Assembly: GCF_036321535.1 (NCBI RefSeq)
Contig: NC_087437.1
Span: 118,732,001-118,796,000, forward strand
Direction: 5' to 3'
DNA length: 64,000 nucleotides
DNA from: Camelus dromedarius
Lineage: Eukaryota
Below, piece after piece: positions 25,901 to 38,345 of the stretch; within the stretch, counting starts at the first letter, position 1, and every line of letters begins with the position of its first letter. Both the position numbers and the translations under genes were made by a program. The notes beneath the pieces are model-generated. The model was given only the letters and a program-made list of their open reading frames with translations, was not told the origin of the DNA and did no database searches.

Positions 25901-28900
25901 GACTTCACAGCAAATTAAAAACAATGACAGTGACAGTAGAAGATGACCTTCAGGTTTCTAACAGGAAACAAAGAGGAAATGCAGCGGGAATTTGACACTC
26001 AAAGAACACAATCACGCAGAATGCACGGCTTTCCATCCAGTGTGAGTGGGGAGCAGTGAGGGCGGGAGAGCGAGACAGGAAAGCAGGTGGGAGACTCTCA
26101 GAGGAGGAACCACAAGGAGGGGGTGGAGGGGGTGGAGCGAGTATGCAACCTGAGACGCCAGACCCTCCTGACAGCAGGGATGACGGGTCCCTGGAAACGT
26201 GGTGGTGGAGCCTGTCCGATCTGATGCTGCTGCCTTAGTGTCGGCACCCAGCAGGCACCCAAGAAACATTTGTTAAACAAATGACCCAAGGCAGGTAAGG
26301 AGTCCAGTGAGTGGATAAGCAAATGCAGGTGCAAGGAAGAGGGGTGACGGTGGGATCAATGAATGGGCAGCCAGGCACTGGGCGGTCAAGGCTGCGGACT
26401 TGGTTGGTCTTGCCCAATAAAAGGCCCCATAGCCTAGTGGAACTCAAATATGTCTGAGGGGACAACTGACCTTCCAGTGCTTTCCTCCATCATCTCACAG
26501 GGATCCTGACCAAACCAGACCTAGTGGACAAGGGCACCGAGAAATGCGTCCTGAACGTGATGCAGAACCTCACGTACTGCCTCAAGAAGGGCTACATGAT
26601 AGTGAAGTGCCGGGGCCAGCAGGACATCCTGGACAAAATGAGCTTGGCAGAGGCCACCAGGAGAGAGACGCTGTTCTTCCAAATGCATCCGTACTTCAGG
26701 TGAGGTTCTTTAGGACAACCTCAGGGCTGGACTCCCTGGAAGCCAGTTCCGCCTGCCAGGATTGGCCGATACGATGACCAAATTACATGTAAAATTATAC
26801 CACCTGGCATAACATATCCTTGTCTTAATTTTGGTGTTAATTTTGTTGGCTTATTTAAACCAGTCATTTTCCTCTTGGTCTCTAATGATGGTGCTGATGA
26901 AAACCTTGTAACATGGCATTTCATGGGGCATATACACTGTGGTTTCCCCAAAGGTTTTCACTTGTTGCTCATTTGAGTCCCACAAATTCTTAAGAGGTAC
27001 ATATAGCAGGTGAGGTTCTTCCCATTTTTACAGATGAGGACGATGAGGTTGAACAAATAGTGAATGAAAAGAGGCCTAGAAACAGATCTTCTAACTTTTG
27101 GAAACTAGTGAACCTGGTCAAAGGCGTTAAAGATGTAAGACGTTAAATCAACCAGCACACCCACTTGCTTTACGGAACTCTCCAGCTCTTTAGAGCCTGC
27201 AGGCTAACTGGTTCTTATCGAAAATTATCTTGTAGTGCCTCTGTAGTTGGCAAGACAGTGGGAATTTTCCAATTGAATTGGGCAATTTTTCCTTATAATT
27301 CATTCAGGAACTTGCTGTTCTTGAACTATGAGGGAGTGGGGTAAGAAGATACAGACCACGCCTGCTTTAAGGAGAGACACAGTGGGAAGAGGATGGATTT
27401 GGGCAGACCAGGCTTGCTGCTTGCTCTGTGCCCTTGGGAGATGGCTGGCCCTCTCTGAGCTTCTGCTTTCTCATCTGCTCAGTGAGTCCTGCTGGTGCTC
27501 CACAGGGTTGAGTTTAGGATTAAATATGTGACCCACACACAGGTTCCAGCGCCCAAGGAGCCAACACTCCCAAACCAGCACCCGGATCCTCCCTTCTGTC
27601 TGTCCCCACCCTGAATCCAAGACACAGACTGTTTTCGGTAGCACTGGGGGTCGCAGGCAGAGAAAGCCCCGCTCGCCGAGCAAGAAGAAGGCTCTGTAAC
27701 AACCACGCCCACGGTTCTCAACCCTGAGCCAGCAGGAGGATCCAGCTGGCTGTGCCCCGGCCCAGAGTTTCTGAGGTCTGGGTGTCAGGCGGCAGAATCT
27801 GTGTTCCTAACACGTTCCCAGGTGTTGCTGGTCCAGGGACCAGACTTTGAAAACAACCGGATTTTGGGCAAATTAAGTCTTGGATGAAAAAGTGTGTTGA
27901 AGTGCTTTGTCGCTGGACATCTGACTTTAGTCATCGTGCGTCCGCGTACTGGGACTCTGCCCCTGCACGACAGCTCTCAGAGCAGCCCTGGGACGATGAG
28001 CCCACGGGTCCTTCCTGAATCTGTGCTGACAGCAAACACTCAGCGGCCGGACTGCCTGGTGTGTGGCCCCGGGCAAGCGCCTTCCCCTTTGTCTTTGCCT
28101 TTCTCTCTGTAAACCTGGTTGTTCCATGATTAAATATCTGTAAAGCCCTTAGAACGGTGTAGGCACTCAGAAGCCCCACGTAAACACTTTCAAAACTCAT
28201 TTCATGACGGCAAGAGCGTTTGGCACAAGTCGACGTTCCCGAGAAATGTGAAAGTGCACAGTGCAGGACTGTTCGCCACAGGCAGTGTTGTTCCCCGGGC
28301 CCCTAGAAGTGACTTACCTTGCAGAATTGAAACTTTATCCCTTTGCTCAGCAAGCCCTCGTTTCCTCCTCCCCCCACACGTGGCGACAGCCATTCCACTC
28401 CCCGATGGCACAAGTCTGATGGCTTTAGATGGCTCCTGCAAAGGGGGCCAGGCGTTCTTTGTCCTTCTACGGTGGCTCAATGCACTTCGCATGAAGTCCT
28501 CAAGGGTCATTCACAGTGTCACGTGTGGCAAAGTTTCCTTCTTTCTAAAGGTGGAACCATATTCTATTGCAGGCATATCCACATTTTCTTTATCCACGTG
28601 TCTGTCCCCACCGCGGACACTGTGAGCAGTGCAGCAGGGAACACAGGGGTGTCAATATTGCTTTGAGATCTTGATTCCAATTCTCTTGAATAAATCCCCA
28701 GAAGGGAGATGACTGGATCATATGGGAGCCCCATTTTAAATTTTTGAATTTTCATACTGCTTTTCGTAGTGGCTGCACCATTTTGCATTCCCATCAACAG
28801 TGTACAAGGGTCCCAGCTTCTCCGCATCCTGGCCAGCGCCTGTGTTCTGGTGTTTGGATAATATCATCCTCAGAGATGGGAAGTGATGTTTCGTTGTGGT

Positions 28901-31900
28901 TTTGATTTGCATTTCCCCGACGATCAGCGACGTTAGCACATTTTCATGGACTGAGTGGCCACCGGTGTGTCTTCTCTGAGGAAATCTCTATTCAAGTCAT
29001 TAGCCCGTTTCTCAATTGTGTTATTTGGGGTTTTTGATATTGATTTGTAGGAGTTCCTTGTATATTTCTGAAATACACTCTTGATCAGATGTGTGGTTTG
29101 CAGATGTTTTCTCCCGTTTGGTTCGCTGCCTTTTCCTCTGTTAATTGTCTCTTCGCAGTGCTGGGGCTCCGTGGTTTCATGTAGTCCTGCCTGCCTGTTT
29201 TGCTTTTGTTTCCTGTGCTTTTGCTGTCCCAGCTGTGAAACCACTTCCAGGATCGATGTGATGACGATGTTCCCCCTGGTCTAGGTGTCTGACTGGCTCA
29301 GGTCTTGCATTGGAGCCGCTGAGCAGTTTTCAGCGGGCGTTTGTGTCTGGTGTGAGATGAGGATCCAGGCCCACTCTTTGCGTGTGGAAATCCAGTTTCG
29401 CCAACAACAGCTGTTGAAGAGGTCGTCCTCCCCCCTCTGCAGGTTCTTGGTGCTTTTACCAACGCCAGTTGACGGCGTCCGCGCGGGCGTGTTTCCGGGC
29501 TTGCTCTGTGCCCCGAGGCCCCTCTGCCCGTCTCTGCCGCGGCACCGCGCTGCTTTCGCGGCGGCAGCTTCGCCACGTCTGTTACACGTCAGGGGCTGGG
29601 GTGCCTGCTGCTTGTTCTTCTTTATGAAGATGGATTCGGCCATTTGGGGACAAGTAATGGTTAGGAGAAATGAAATACTATTTTGGGCAAGTCGTTTAAC
29701 CTCTATGAAGTTACATGTGTTTTGCTTTTCCTGAAAAGATGACTCATGAGTTTGCTGGGATGATAAGAGGAGATAACTGAGTGCAAGCTTCCCAGCCCCG
29801 TGCTGGCCGAGGTGCGGGCTTCCACGGAGTTGTCACTGTCCTTCTCGTGGGCCGCCTGGCCTTTCTGATGACGCGTGTTACCCGAGATGCGAGCTGCCCT
29901 GGCCACCTGCAAGGCCCAGTACTGGAGAGCGAGCCCTTCCTGAGCTGACGTGTGCCCTCTCCTGTTTCAGAGGTCTCCTGGAGGAAGGAAAGGCCACCGT
30001 GCCTCGTCTGGCAGAAAGGCTCACCGCCGAGCTCACCGTGCACATCAGGGTGAGTCAGAGGGTCAGGCTGCAGGCTACAAAAGTAACAGCCCGTCCAAGT
30101 CACTTTCGTGGTCATCAGTTGGCCAAGACACCCATCAAATTGCCCAAATCAGCAAGCAAGCAAGTATGTCTGAAACGCAAGTCATTCAAGTCACAGGCTC
30201 ACAAGACAGCGTCTGTAACGGGGAAGCAACGCCTGCATGATGTTGGAAGAAGGAGTGAATCCGTCCGTTCGGGGGCACTGAGGGAAGAAGGAGGAATCCG
30301 GTACCCGTGAATCCGGGGCCGTCAGGGCCGTCCAGCACCGGGGAGAGCGGCGGAGAGGGGAACGGACGCCGCGGCAGCTTGCCAGTAGCTTCTTAATGCG
30401 TCACGGCACAAAAATCATCTTCCCAGCTTCAAGCTCGTAGGAGAGAAATGTTCAGTGCTCACCGGTTCTCAAGCACAGACGACCCCAGGCAAAGCTCTCC
30501 TGGCGTCGCTGACGACCGGGCGACCGCGGACCGCGGCCCGGTGTCCTGGGAGCAGCAGAACCCGTGTCGTGCTGCCCGGACCTGTGTGCCCGAGGTCGAA
30601 CAACGCGGGAAGAGTGAACATTAACCCTTAGGGCAGAGACGATCCCGGGGGCTGGATTCCAGTCTGTGCTGAGCCGGCTGTCACACAAAGGCAATGGATT
30701 CTTTTGAACCAGAAAACACAGATTCAAAGGATATTTGCTTGGAAGTGGCCAGTGGATCTCAAACTGTGTGTGCACAAAAGTTACCCAGAGTGTTTCTTTC
30801 AGCTCAGATTCCCAGGGCCCGGGTCCGAGTTTCCGAGTCACCAGGCGTTGGGTGGGATCCACGAGTCTCCCCTCTCACGTTCCAGGTGACCTGGGGAACA
30901 CACTTGGAGGAACACTGATTCCAGTGAAATCCCCTTCATCTGAAGCACAGGATTCTGAAAAATGCATGCCTGCCTCAGAGGTATATCCCTTGTCTAGTGG
31001 AGATAAACACATTTTTTTTAGTAGATATTGCATTTTGATAATAGTTCCAAACCTTATTTAAATATTTCACATTAACATTTAAACATTTAAACACTTCACG
31101 TTAAACATTAAAATTTAAATATTTAACATTTAAATATTTCATTGAAATTCAAATTTAAGTTTTTTACTATTTTAAAGTCGTTAAACATTCTGTATCAAGA
31201 TCAGTTATGATCATTTGAAGTATCAGGAAAACAATGAATACATTTCTGCCTATGGCTGCGAGCTGCCAGAGAGAGAGAGAAACACACACACCTTATCGAC
31301 CTCTTGGGAGGCTAATCCACAGACTGCCTGTAAATCCCCATGAGCTCATCCTGCCCGGTGTCTGCACCAGCATCATGCACTCAGGTGCCTTTACCTGCCG
31401 TGTTCCCGGGCACGGGCCGAGGATCGGGTGATCAGGGTGCCAAATGGAACTCTGCCCCTGACTAGCTCAGTGATGTATCGAGCAGTCTGCCTCTCTGAGC
31501 CACAGGCTCCTCTCTTGTGAAAAAGAAGCAATAAAGACACGTGCTTTGTATTGCCTGTGGGGCTTACCTGGGATGTGAGGTCTTGGACCGATGCTTGGCC
31601 CAAAGACCCCCCTCCCGGGGTGTCCGCTCCATCCTTCCCAGTCCCCGACTTTGTCATCTTCATCAGTTACACTGACTGGTCGGGACGGTGCCCAGCCTGA
31701 CACCAACACGAGGACACATCCTTCCACCAAAGCACCATTTTTCAGTTTACAACACTCAAACTACCAACAGAACATTTCATTAAATAAGTCTCCCGTTATT
31801 TTCAAGTGTATTTGTTCTCTCGATGCAAAGCTCCAAGCCAAACAAAACAAAACAAGAAGTGGCCCCTCCTTCCCTGACTCCGCCCCACCCAGATCACACA

Positions 31901-34900
31901 GCAAAACCTCACAGCACAGCAGATCTTTCCAACTGCAGTGCATAGCATTGCCTTCAAAGCCCAACTTGGGCTCCTTAACAGGTGTCCAACTAAACAAGCT
32001 TCCCACAGGATAATAGGAATTCCGGATCCCCTGGGATACTTTCAGATGGGATTCCACCCATATACCTGAGAAATCTGTCATCTGACTTCATCAAGCTGCA
32101 GAGTTTCAGTGTTTCTCTTCCTTTGTTCAGAAATCCCTCCCACTGTTGGAAAATCAAACAAAGGAGAGCCAGCAGAGGGCGATAGAGGAGCTGCGCCAGT
32201 GTGGAGCCAACGTCCCCAGCCACGACGCTGATAAAATGTTCTTTCTGATTGAGGTGAGGATGCCAGGGACTGCGTCTGACACTGGGCACAGAAAGTGGCT
32301 TCTGCGTCACCAGGTCTCTCTAGGTGGCCGTATCCTTCCTGGTGGCCCCGCACGTCTCTAGGTGGCCCTCCACGTGAGCGTCCCCACAGGTGACATGTGG
32401 GAGCTCCGCCCTGCCCCCTGTGTGTCTCAACAGGGGATGAGGTGGCTGGGGGGTCCCCTGACCTGTTTGCAGACCCCAGCCCCCACCACACGCTGCTGTC
32501 CTGGTTCCTGCTCTTAATATGACTACAGGACTGATGGATGATTTTATCTCATTTTTCAGAAAATTAAGGCGTTTAATCAGGACATTGAAAAGTTAATAGA
32601 AGGAGAAGAAGTTGTAAAGGAGAAAGAGACCCGCTTATATAATAAAATCAGAGAGGAGTTTAAAAACTGGGTCCTCACACTTGCAGCCAACACCCAAAAA
32701 GGTAAGTCCTGGGGCAGTGTTCCCCTAAGAGCAGGGTCATATTCCCCGAGACCAGAAGCCACTCCCAGCGCAGAAACAGTGTGCAAAGAGCTTCACCTGC
32801 CCAGGCGGGGGGCCCCCTGGTGTCCGAGAGTGCTTCCCTCTGTCCTCGCCAGCTCAGCAGGAGTCCCCCCACCACCTACCTGCTGTGTCCTTCTTGCTTC
32901 CCTGCTTTTCAAGGCTGGACGGTATCACTTGCCCCGTCTCTCCCCTTCTCTTCAGCCGTAACGCAGGACCAAAGAGGGTGATTGTTTGCCTGACAAAGTT
33001 CCAGCTCCATTCTGCTGCAGCCCAGGTGCCAGGAGGATATGTGCCCGTGTGTGCGTGTGCGTGTGTGTGTGCGTGTGCGCCTGTGTGTGTGTATCTTTGT
33101 TTTAACACTTAATAAAAACAGCCCTCTCCATCCATGGTAGGATTCCTCCGGCTGTGTCTGGATGTATTCTTGGGAGAGCTGCAAGTGCACAAGAATTTCT
33201 GAGGTTCTGTTTTCACTTAATCAGATTTTTTCCCTTCCAATTATAACCATTCAACTTCTCTCTCAGGATGACGACCCTCAGTTGAAACACATTTGAACAG
33301 ATAAAGATTTTTGTGTCTTAAATGTCACTGTTTCTCAAATTGGCATCATCAGAGCAATACATTTTTTGATTATGAAAAAAACCTCTGTTTAGAAACATTG
33401 GGGTAAGTTTCAGAGATGGGTCCCATCTCTAAAATGTCTCCGAAATTATCAGAATTTACCATGGTGGTTTGTTCTGTCTTGTAGTTAAAAACGTCATCCA
33501 TGAAGAAGTCTCAAGATATGAGAAGCAGTATCGAGGCAAAGAGCTCCTGGGCTTCGTCAACTACAGGACGTTTGAGACCATCGTGAAGCAGTACCTGGAA
33601 CGCCTGGTGGACCCGGCGGTCGTCATGCTCCAGAAAGTCGTTGGTGAGGCGCTCTCCTGCCTGCTGTACCTCCCGTGGGTGCCAGGGCCTTGGAGGGGGG
33701 CCGGGAACGGAATGATCGGACACAGGCTGCGGATTCTAGCAGCCTCGGGGGGAGGATGAGCACGTGTGAGCTTTATCTGCATCATAGCTGGGCCTCTGTG
33801 CTGCTGTGCGGGGAGCAGTCCCGTGCTAACCCTGAAGAGGACACACCCACCAAAAGGCCAGGGAACCGAGGGACCTGCTCAGGGTGGCGGTGACAGTGGG
33901 CTTGAGAGCCGTCCCCCCTTCCCCCTTGGTCTGCGGATCTGGGGAGCTCAGCCTCAGGACGGGGACAAGGCGTCATGGTCCATGCACCCTGTGTCTTCAG
34001 CCCGCTTCTTCCTGGCTGCAGTTCACTGACGTTTCGCTCTTTCTTTGCTCAGAGACTGTCTGGCACACTTTCACCGACACAGCCAGAAAACACTTCAGCG
34101 AGTTTTCCAACCTCAGTCAAACTGCCCAGGTAAGTGCCTGCCGTTTCCTTGCTGGTCACCTGTACTTCGGGCTGACCCACCGGGTCTAACAGGGGAAGGA
34201 AGCTAGACATGTACTGTCCGTTGGAGACAGGAGGCCAGGGTGACGACTGCAGGGTAGCGGGGCTGGCGACTCCAGGAGCGGCGGCCCTTTGGCTCCTGCT
34301 CCGGAGAGGCCCCCTCCCTGGGGGAGGAGACCAAGCACGCGGCCTGGAGCTCTCTTTCCCGCGAGCCCCCCAGCCCGGCGGGGTGCGGGCTGGCCGGTGA
34401 CACCCGAGCCTGTCACTGAGCCGAGGGACTGGCTGGGGCTTGGAGTCTCCTCCCAGCACCAAGGACAGCGTGTCTGCGAGGCCGACCCCGAAGCCTCCTA
34501 GGCTTGAGTTAAAGACCTCGCCAGGGCTGTGTTCTTCTTCAGTCAGCAGCCGGCAGTTCTCCCCGAGCCCCTGTCTCAGCAGAGGGAAGCGAGGGCTGCT
34601 CTGGCTCCCGTTTGGGATGGGGATAAAACCCTCTTCTGCCCAAGCCTAGGCTGACGGGTCCGAGTCTCATCCCACATCAGATGAGCCAGGAAAACCGGTT
34701 CTGTCATTTTCTATCGCAAAACAATTTCTGCTTTCACCTCTTTGGCCAGTTGGTGAAAACTGAACTTCATTTCCGACCTCTCTCTCTGCCTTTCCCAGAG
34801 GCTGTGCCTAAGTCCCGGGGCACCTCCTCAGGGGGTGGGTGACAGGCCTGGTCCTTCACCACCACCCTCCAGGCTGGCAGCTTTCAAGATGCACGCAGTC

Positions 34901-37900
34901 CCCTGAGGGCCTGGGTGGCTGGTGCCCTGGGAGCCTCGTGCTCCTGCCTGCGGGGTCGGTCCTGCTGAGCTCTGGCCCAGCCCTGCCAGGGCCTGGGGCT
35001 CCCTGCAGCAGCACAGGCTGCTCCGGGGACGAGGAGACAGCTGCCGCCCAAGGGCCTCCGTCCCCTCTGCCGTCCTTGGAAGACTGGGCACAGCTCCGGG
35101 GCCACACTGCCCCCCACCGTGACCGGGCTCCCACCCAGACACGCTCCCTGCCATCTGCTCTCTGCCCCAGAGCCGCATCGGGGCCCAGGGTCTCGTGTCC
35201 TCCGTGTCACTCCTTGTGGGAAGTGACACACGGCCCACTCCTGCTCTCAGACTTCAGTCCTGGGAGCGGGGCTGCCACATACATGCTTTTGGCCACGCAC
35301 TCTCCAGAACAGAAGGGCAGCCTGCCTTCGTGAAGCTCACAGGCTCCCTCTTCTCTCCAACCACTCTCTCCACCCTCAGCGTACGAACGTCCTGTGGAAA
35401 CTCGAAAACCCAGAAGTGACTCCCTGCACTGTGCGTCCCCGCCCTTCCCGGGGCCTCTGCCTGTGCGGGGTCGCGGGAGTCGCAGGGCTTCGGGGAAACA
35501 CGGGTCTCGAGCTGCTGCCCCACCGCGTTCGTTAGCACAGGAGTCGTTCTGAAAGCTTGGACTGAAGCCAGCCAGAGACCCCAGAGTGTGGACGCACAGA
35601 TGCAGACCGAAGCACAGCTGAGGGAGCAGAAAGGCGGGGGTGTGGGAGGAGACGGAGGTCGGGGCGGAGGGAAAACCCAGGCAGCACGGAGGGCGGGCCT
35701 GGCTGGAGCCGCGGCGGAGCCACCGCGCAGGCCCCGGCAGGGCGGCAGCGCAGGCCGAGCCGGGGCCTCCTGAAAGCCGCCACTGACGGCCTCAGGCGTA
35801 ACAGCGTTCAGTGTGACAGTACTTTCTCAGTCATTTTCACAGCAGGGGGACAAAGAGAAGTAATGTGTTTCTCTTTCTTACCCAACCAGAACAAGATCGA
35901 AGACATAAAATCACAACAAGCAGAAAGAGCAGAAAGGTTCATCCGACTTCAGTTCAAGATGGAGCACCTGGTTTATTGCCAAGACCAGATTTACAGCGTG
36001 GTTCTGAGCACAGTCCGAGAAGAGATTTTTAACTCAGTGGGAAAGCCTTCACAGAATCTCCAGTTGAAATCAGGCTCTTTAAATGACCCGTCTTCGGTTT
36101 CCTCCATCACTGAGATCGGGGTCCACCTGAATGCGTATTTCCTGGTGAGTGTGCAGGTGCACGGGTCAGCACTGTGGCCCCTCCGAGCCGAGACTGGCTA
36201 CCCTGGTTGACAGCTGCTCACCTGAGCAAGGAGGGGAGGGGCACCGCCGTGTGTCAGGCCCCTTCTGCTGTGACCCGTTTCTCATACGTCGCCCCCTTGT
36301 AGTTGACAGTCACCCTGTGGAGCCTGTGTTCATTACTTTGCCCCAAATCAGGTTCTCAATGTGGCAGAGCATGTCCTCAAAATTAATTCCAGCTCCAGAG
36401 TTCCATATGTTTCATGCTATGCATAAATTACAAAACTGCTATCAGAATGCGGCAAAACACAGCAAGCACTAACTTTACTGGTCACAATTTTGCTTCCTTA
36501 ATGTTCAGAAGGCCCTCAGCTCTTGAAGTGCCTCGAATTCACTAGCTCCACATCAGGAATGGAAAAGCCTTTCCCTAGGTGCTGCGACCCTCTCAGCTGC
36601 ATGGTTCCCGACCCTCCGCCCACAGGCTAAAGTCTTAGGGTGCATGGAGAGGACGGTAGCTGTTAAACTGCAAGGAAGCCCAACTCCTGCAGTCCTTTCT
36701 TGATCAGAACAGAAAGTAGAGTCACCCAGATGTGGGGTCCAGCTGCCAGGCCTTCTGGAGACGCTGAGGAAGAGAGGGAAGGAGGCAGCACTGGAGCAGT
36801 GCCACCAAACTCAGGTCCAGCTGCTCGCTGCGCAGAAGTCACTGTTCAAAGGCAAGTGTTGGTAGGAAGGAAAGGTGCCTTATCAGAAGGCCGGCAGTCT
36901 GGGGAGAAGGTAGACCCAGGTCCCCCAAAACCAAGTCTGAAGATTCTGCTCAGCCATGACAGGTTTTAAAGGGAGAAAAGGGAAGTGACCTCAGTACATC
37001 CCTGAGGTGGGAGGTTAGGCTCTGCGTCATTGCCCACTGCGTGCGGGCTGGTGCCTCCTTGTGCTCCTTCTTCAGCATCACCTCGTCCACGTGGTCTGCC
37101 TGCAGGATTGCAAACGGGGCTGTTGGGATAGAGAGCTGGCCATTCTTTAACTACTTAATTCTTCATTCCGACTTCTTTCAATCTAGGGAAAGATTCAACT
37201 CATTGCGTACATTCCATTGAGCGTAAGTCAGGAGTCAGGCCAAATGTTACCTAGTGATCTCATTTGTATAAGGTTTGACAGGAACAGAAATGGGCAAACA
37301 GGAAAGGAGCAAAAGAGCTGCTTACAGGAGATCCCGACTCACTCCCAGAGGCCCGCGGGGTCCCGGGGCCGGGAGGTCTCCTCGGGGAGGTGAAGTGGGG
37401 GAGGGGGGGAGCCCCTGGGAAGGCTGGGCTGTCCAGAAGGTGGTATGGGTGTGCCGGCCTACAGGTGGGTTCTTATTGCCAGAGGGCATGCCTGGGTAGT
37501 GAAAAGTGGGCAACTCAAGCAGATCCTTCCCTTGGTTTGGTGCTGACCCTGGAGTGGAGGTGGGCCTGACACCAGGACCTCCCAAGGCGACCATCCATGC
37601 GTCCGAGGACTCCTCTCTGGAACCACAGGCCTTGGGCTGAGACCCCTCCTGCTGACCCTTCTTCCCCCTTCCAGGAAACCAGCAAACGTCTTTCCAACCA
37701 GATCCCACTCATCATTCAGTACTTTATGCTCCAAGAGAACGGCGACCATGTGCAGAAAGCCATGTTGCAGACGCTACAGGAGAAACAGCAGTATTCCTGG
37801 CTGCTCCAGGAACAGAGCGACACCTCTGCCAAGAGGAGAGTCCTTAAGGAGAAAATTCACCGGCTTGATCAGGCTCGGCGAGCCCTCTATCAGTTCTCAC

Positions 37901-37905
37901 TCTGA
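13696..37905 (+). CDS. MX2: MX2 (MxB), interferon-induced dynamin-like GTPase; complete spliced CDS join(13696-13944,14561-14753,16089-16226,18277-18431,21840-21978,26501-26699,29971-30049,32131-32253,32560-32701,33485-33643,34053-34129,35890-36144,37675-37905), 2139 nt, 712 aa
   Basis: Thirteen exons splice in frame without stops (249,193,138,155,139,199,79,123,142,159,77,255,231 nt). Motifs [12 protein letters not shown] and TKPD are intact. Long MxB-type N-terminal extension and MxB-type stalk ([18 protein letters not shown]). Confidence 0.96.
14561..14753 (+). CDS. MX2: MX2 coding exon 2 (P-loop GDQSSGKS)
   Basis: cccccag|[65 protein letters not shown]|gtaagc. Confidence 0.97.
16089..16226 (+). 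CDS. MX2: MX2 coding exon 3
   Basis: cccag|[45 protein letters not shown]|gtaggg. Confidence 0.96.
18277..18431 (+). CDS. MX2: MX2 coding exon 4 (DLPG)
   Basis: ccgcag|[52 protein letters not shown]|gtgagc. Confidence 0.97.
20240..20410. mobile_element. MER20-like hAT DNA transposon remnant
   Basis: atgtctgagacatttttggttatcacaact...gcatctagtaggtagag...gcacaggacagcccc. Confidence 0.65.
21840..21978 (+). CDS. MX2: MX2 coding exon 5
   Basis: catcag|[47 protein letters not shown]|gtaaga. Confidence 0.97.
23240..23720 (+). mobile_element. Old L1M 3' fragment
   Basis: gtgaaataagccagtcccagaaagataaatcctgtatgattccact...agtagaatggcggttgccag...ttatgtgtattttacc. Confidence 0.7.
23960..25360 (+). mobile_element. 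L2 LINE fragment
   Basis: ctctggtcaaggtcaccagtggcctcc..., gacatctccacttgga, ...agggactttgcagtcttgttcac typical of L2; boundaries approximate. Confidence 0.55.
26501..26699 (+). CDS. MX2: MX2 coding exon 6 (TKPD)
   Basis: ctcacag|[66 protein letters not shown]|gtgagg. Confidence 0.97.
27710..27860. mobile_element. MER5A-like DNA transposon
   Basis: ggttctcaacc...gaatctgtgttcctaaca.gttcccaggtg...ggtccagggaccagactttgaaaac; terminal inverted repeats. Confidence 0.65.
28230..29650 (-). mobile_element. L1 fragment (ORF2 C-terminus and 3' UTR), antisense in MX2 intron
   Basis: ORF-track peptides [13 protein letters not shown] and [12 protein letters not shown] are degenerate L1 ORF2p. Confidence 0.85.
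29971..30049 (+). CDS. MX2: MX2 coding exon 7
   Basis: tttcag|[26 protein letters not shown]|gtgagt. Confidence 0.96.
31055..31190. repeat. AT-rich low-complexity (aacattta)n tract
   Basis: Repeated acatttaa/atatttaa units in a GC-rich background. Confidence 0.7.
32131..32253 (+). CDS. MX2: MX2 coding exon 8
   Basis: gttcag|[41 protein letters not shown]|gtgagg. Confidence 0.96.
32560..32701 (+). CDS. MX2: MX2 coding exon 9
   Basis: tttcag|[47 protein letters not shown]|gtaagt. Confidence 0.96.
33047..33092. repeat. (TG/CG)n purine-pyrimidine microsatellite
   Basis: gtgtgtgcgtgtgcgtgtgtgtgtgcgtgtgcgcctgtgtgtgtgt. Confidence 0.85.
33485..33643 (+). CDS. MX2: MX2 coding exon 10
   Basis: ttgtag|[53 protein letters not shown]|gtgagg. 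Confidence 0.96.
34053..34129 (+). CDS. MX2: MX2 coding exon 11
   Basis: gctcag|[26 protein letters not shown]|gtaagt. Confidence 0.95.
35890..36144 (+). CDS. MX2: MX2 coding exon 12 (includes loop L4)
   Basis: aaccag|[52 protein letters not shown]...[11 protein letters not shown]|gtgagt. Confidence 0.96.
36800..37280 (-). mobile_element. ERV1-type LTR in last MX2 intron
   Basis: Colinear with 7822-8260. Confidence 0.65.
37675..37905 (+). CDS. MX2: MX2 last coding exon (GED)
   Basis: ttccag|[76 protein letters not shown]. Confidence 0.96.
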   Translation, partial: ETSKRLSNQIPLIIQYFMLQENGDHVQKAMLQTLQEKQQYSWLLQEQSDTSAKRRVLKEKIHRLDQARRALYQFSL

Positions 37906-38199
37906 AAGGAACAGGCTCCCGAAAGAACGGCAGCACTTCTGGGTTTTGCTTCTGTGTGTCACGGAAGGGAGGCGGCACGGGAAGTGGCTTCTCCTTCGGG
38001 GTCGGAGTTTTCTGTTGCTGTCTGGGTCCATCTTCACGGTCCTTCTCTCAGCACCAGAGTTTCTACCTGAAGTGCATCCATGCTCAGAGCTGTCTCCTCT
38101 GCCAGGAGGTCCTCCCCATCCTCCATGAAGAGGGAGCTCTGCAGCCCTTGTGTCCTGTAGCCTCCAGTTACAGCGTTCTTAAACACCGCTGCCGTTCTT

Positions 38200-38345
38200 T
38201 GTTAATTTGTCACCCCTCCCCATTCGACTGTGTGACCCCAGAGGAGGGGTAAGGTCAGCCTCTTGTTCTTTTGTATTTCCAGACTCTCACGTGGTACGTA
38301 GCACATAGTAGCCCCTTATTAACTGTCTCATCAAATAAGCGAATT
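38200..38345 (+). mobile_element. L2 3'-end remnant in MX2 3' UTR region
   Basis: gactgtg...cttgttcttttgtatttccag...gcacatagtag resembles the L2 tail. Confidence 0.5.

Noticed and set aside
26584..26629. Recent MX1/MX2 gene conversion (about 46 nt with 2 mismatches to the MX1 exon at 62271-62469)
   Set aside because: Encodes the invariant [15 protein letters not shown] motif; the rest of the exon and flanking introns are diverged.
32641..32646. AATAAA as premature polyA signal
   Set aside because: Lies inside a coding exon (Asn-Lys codons) followed by a strong donor.
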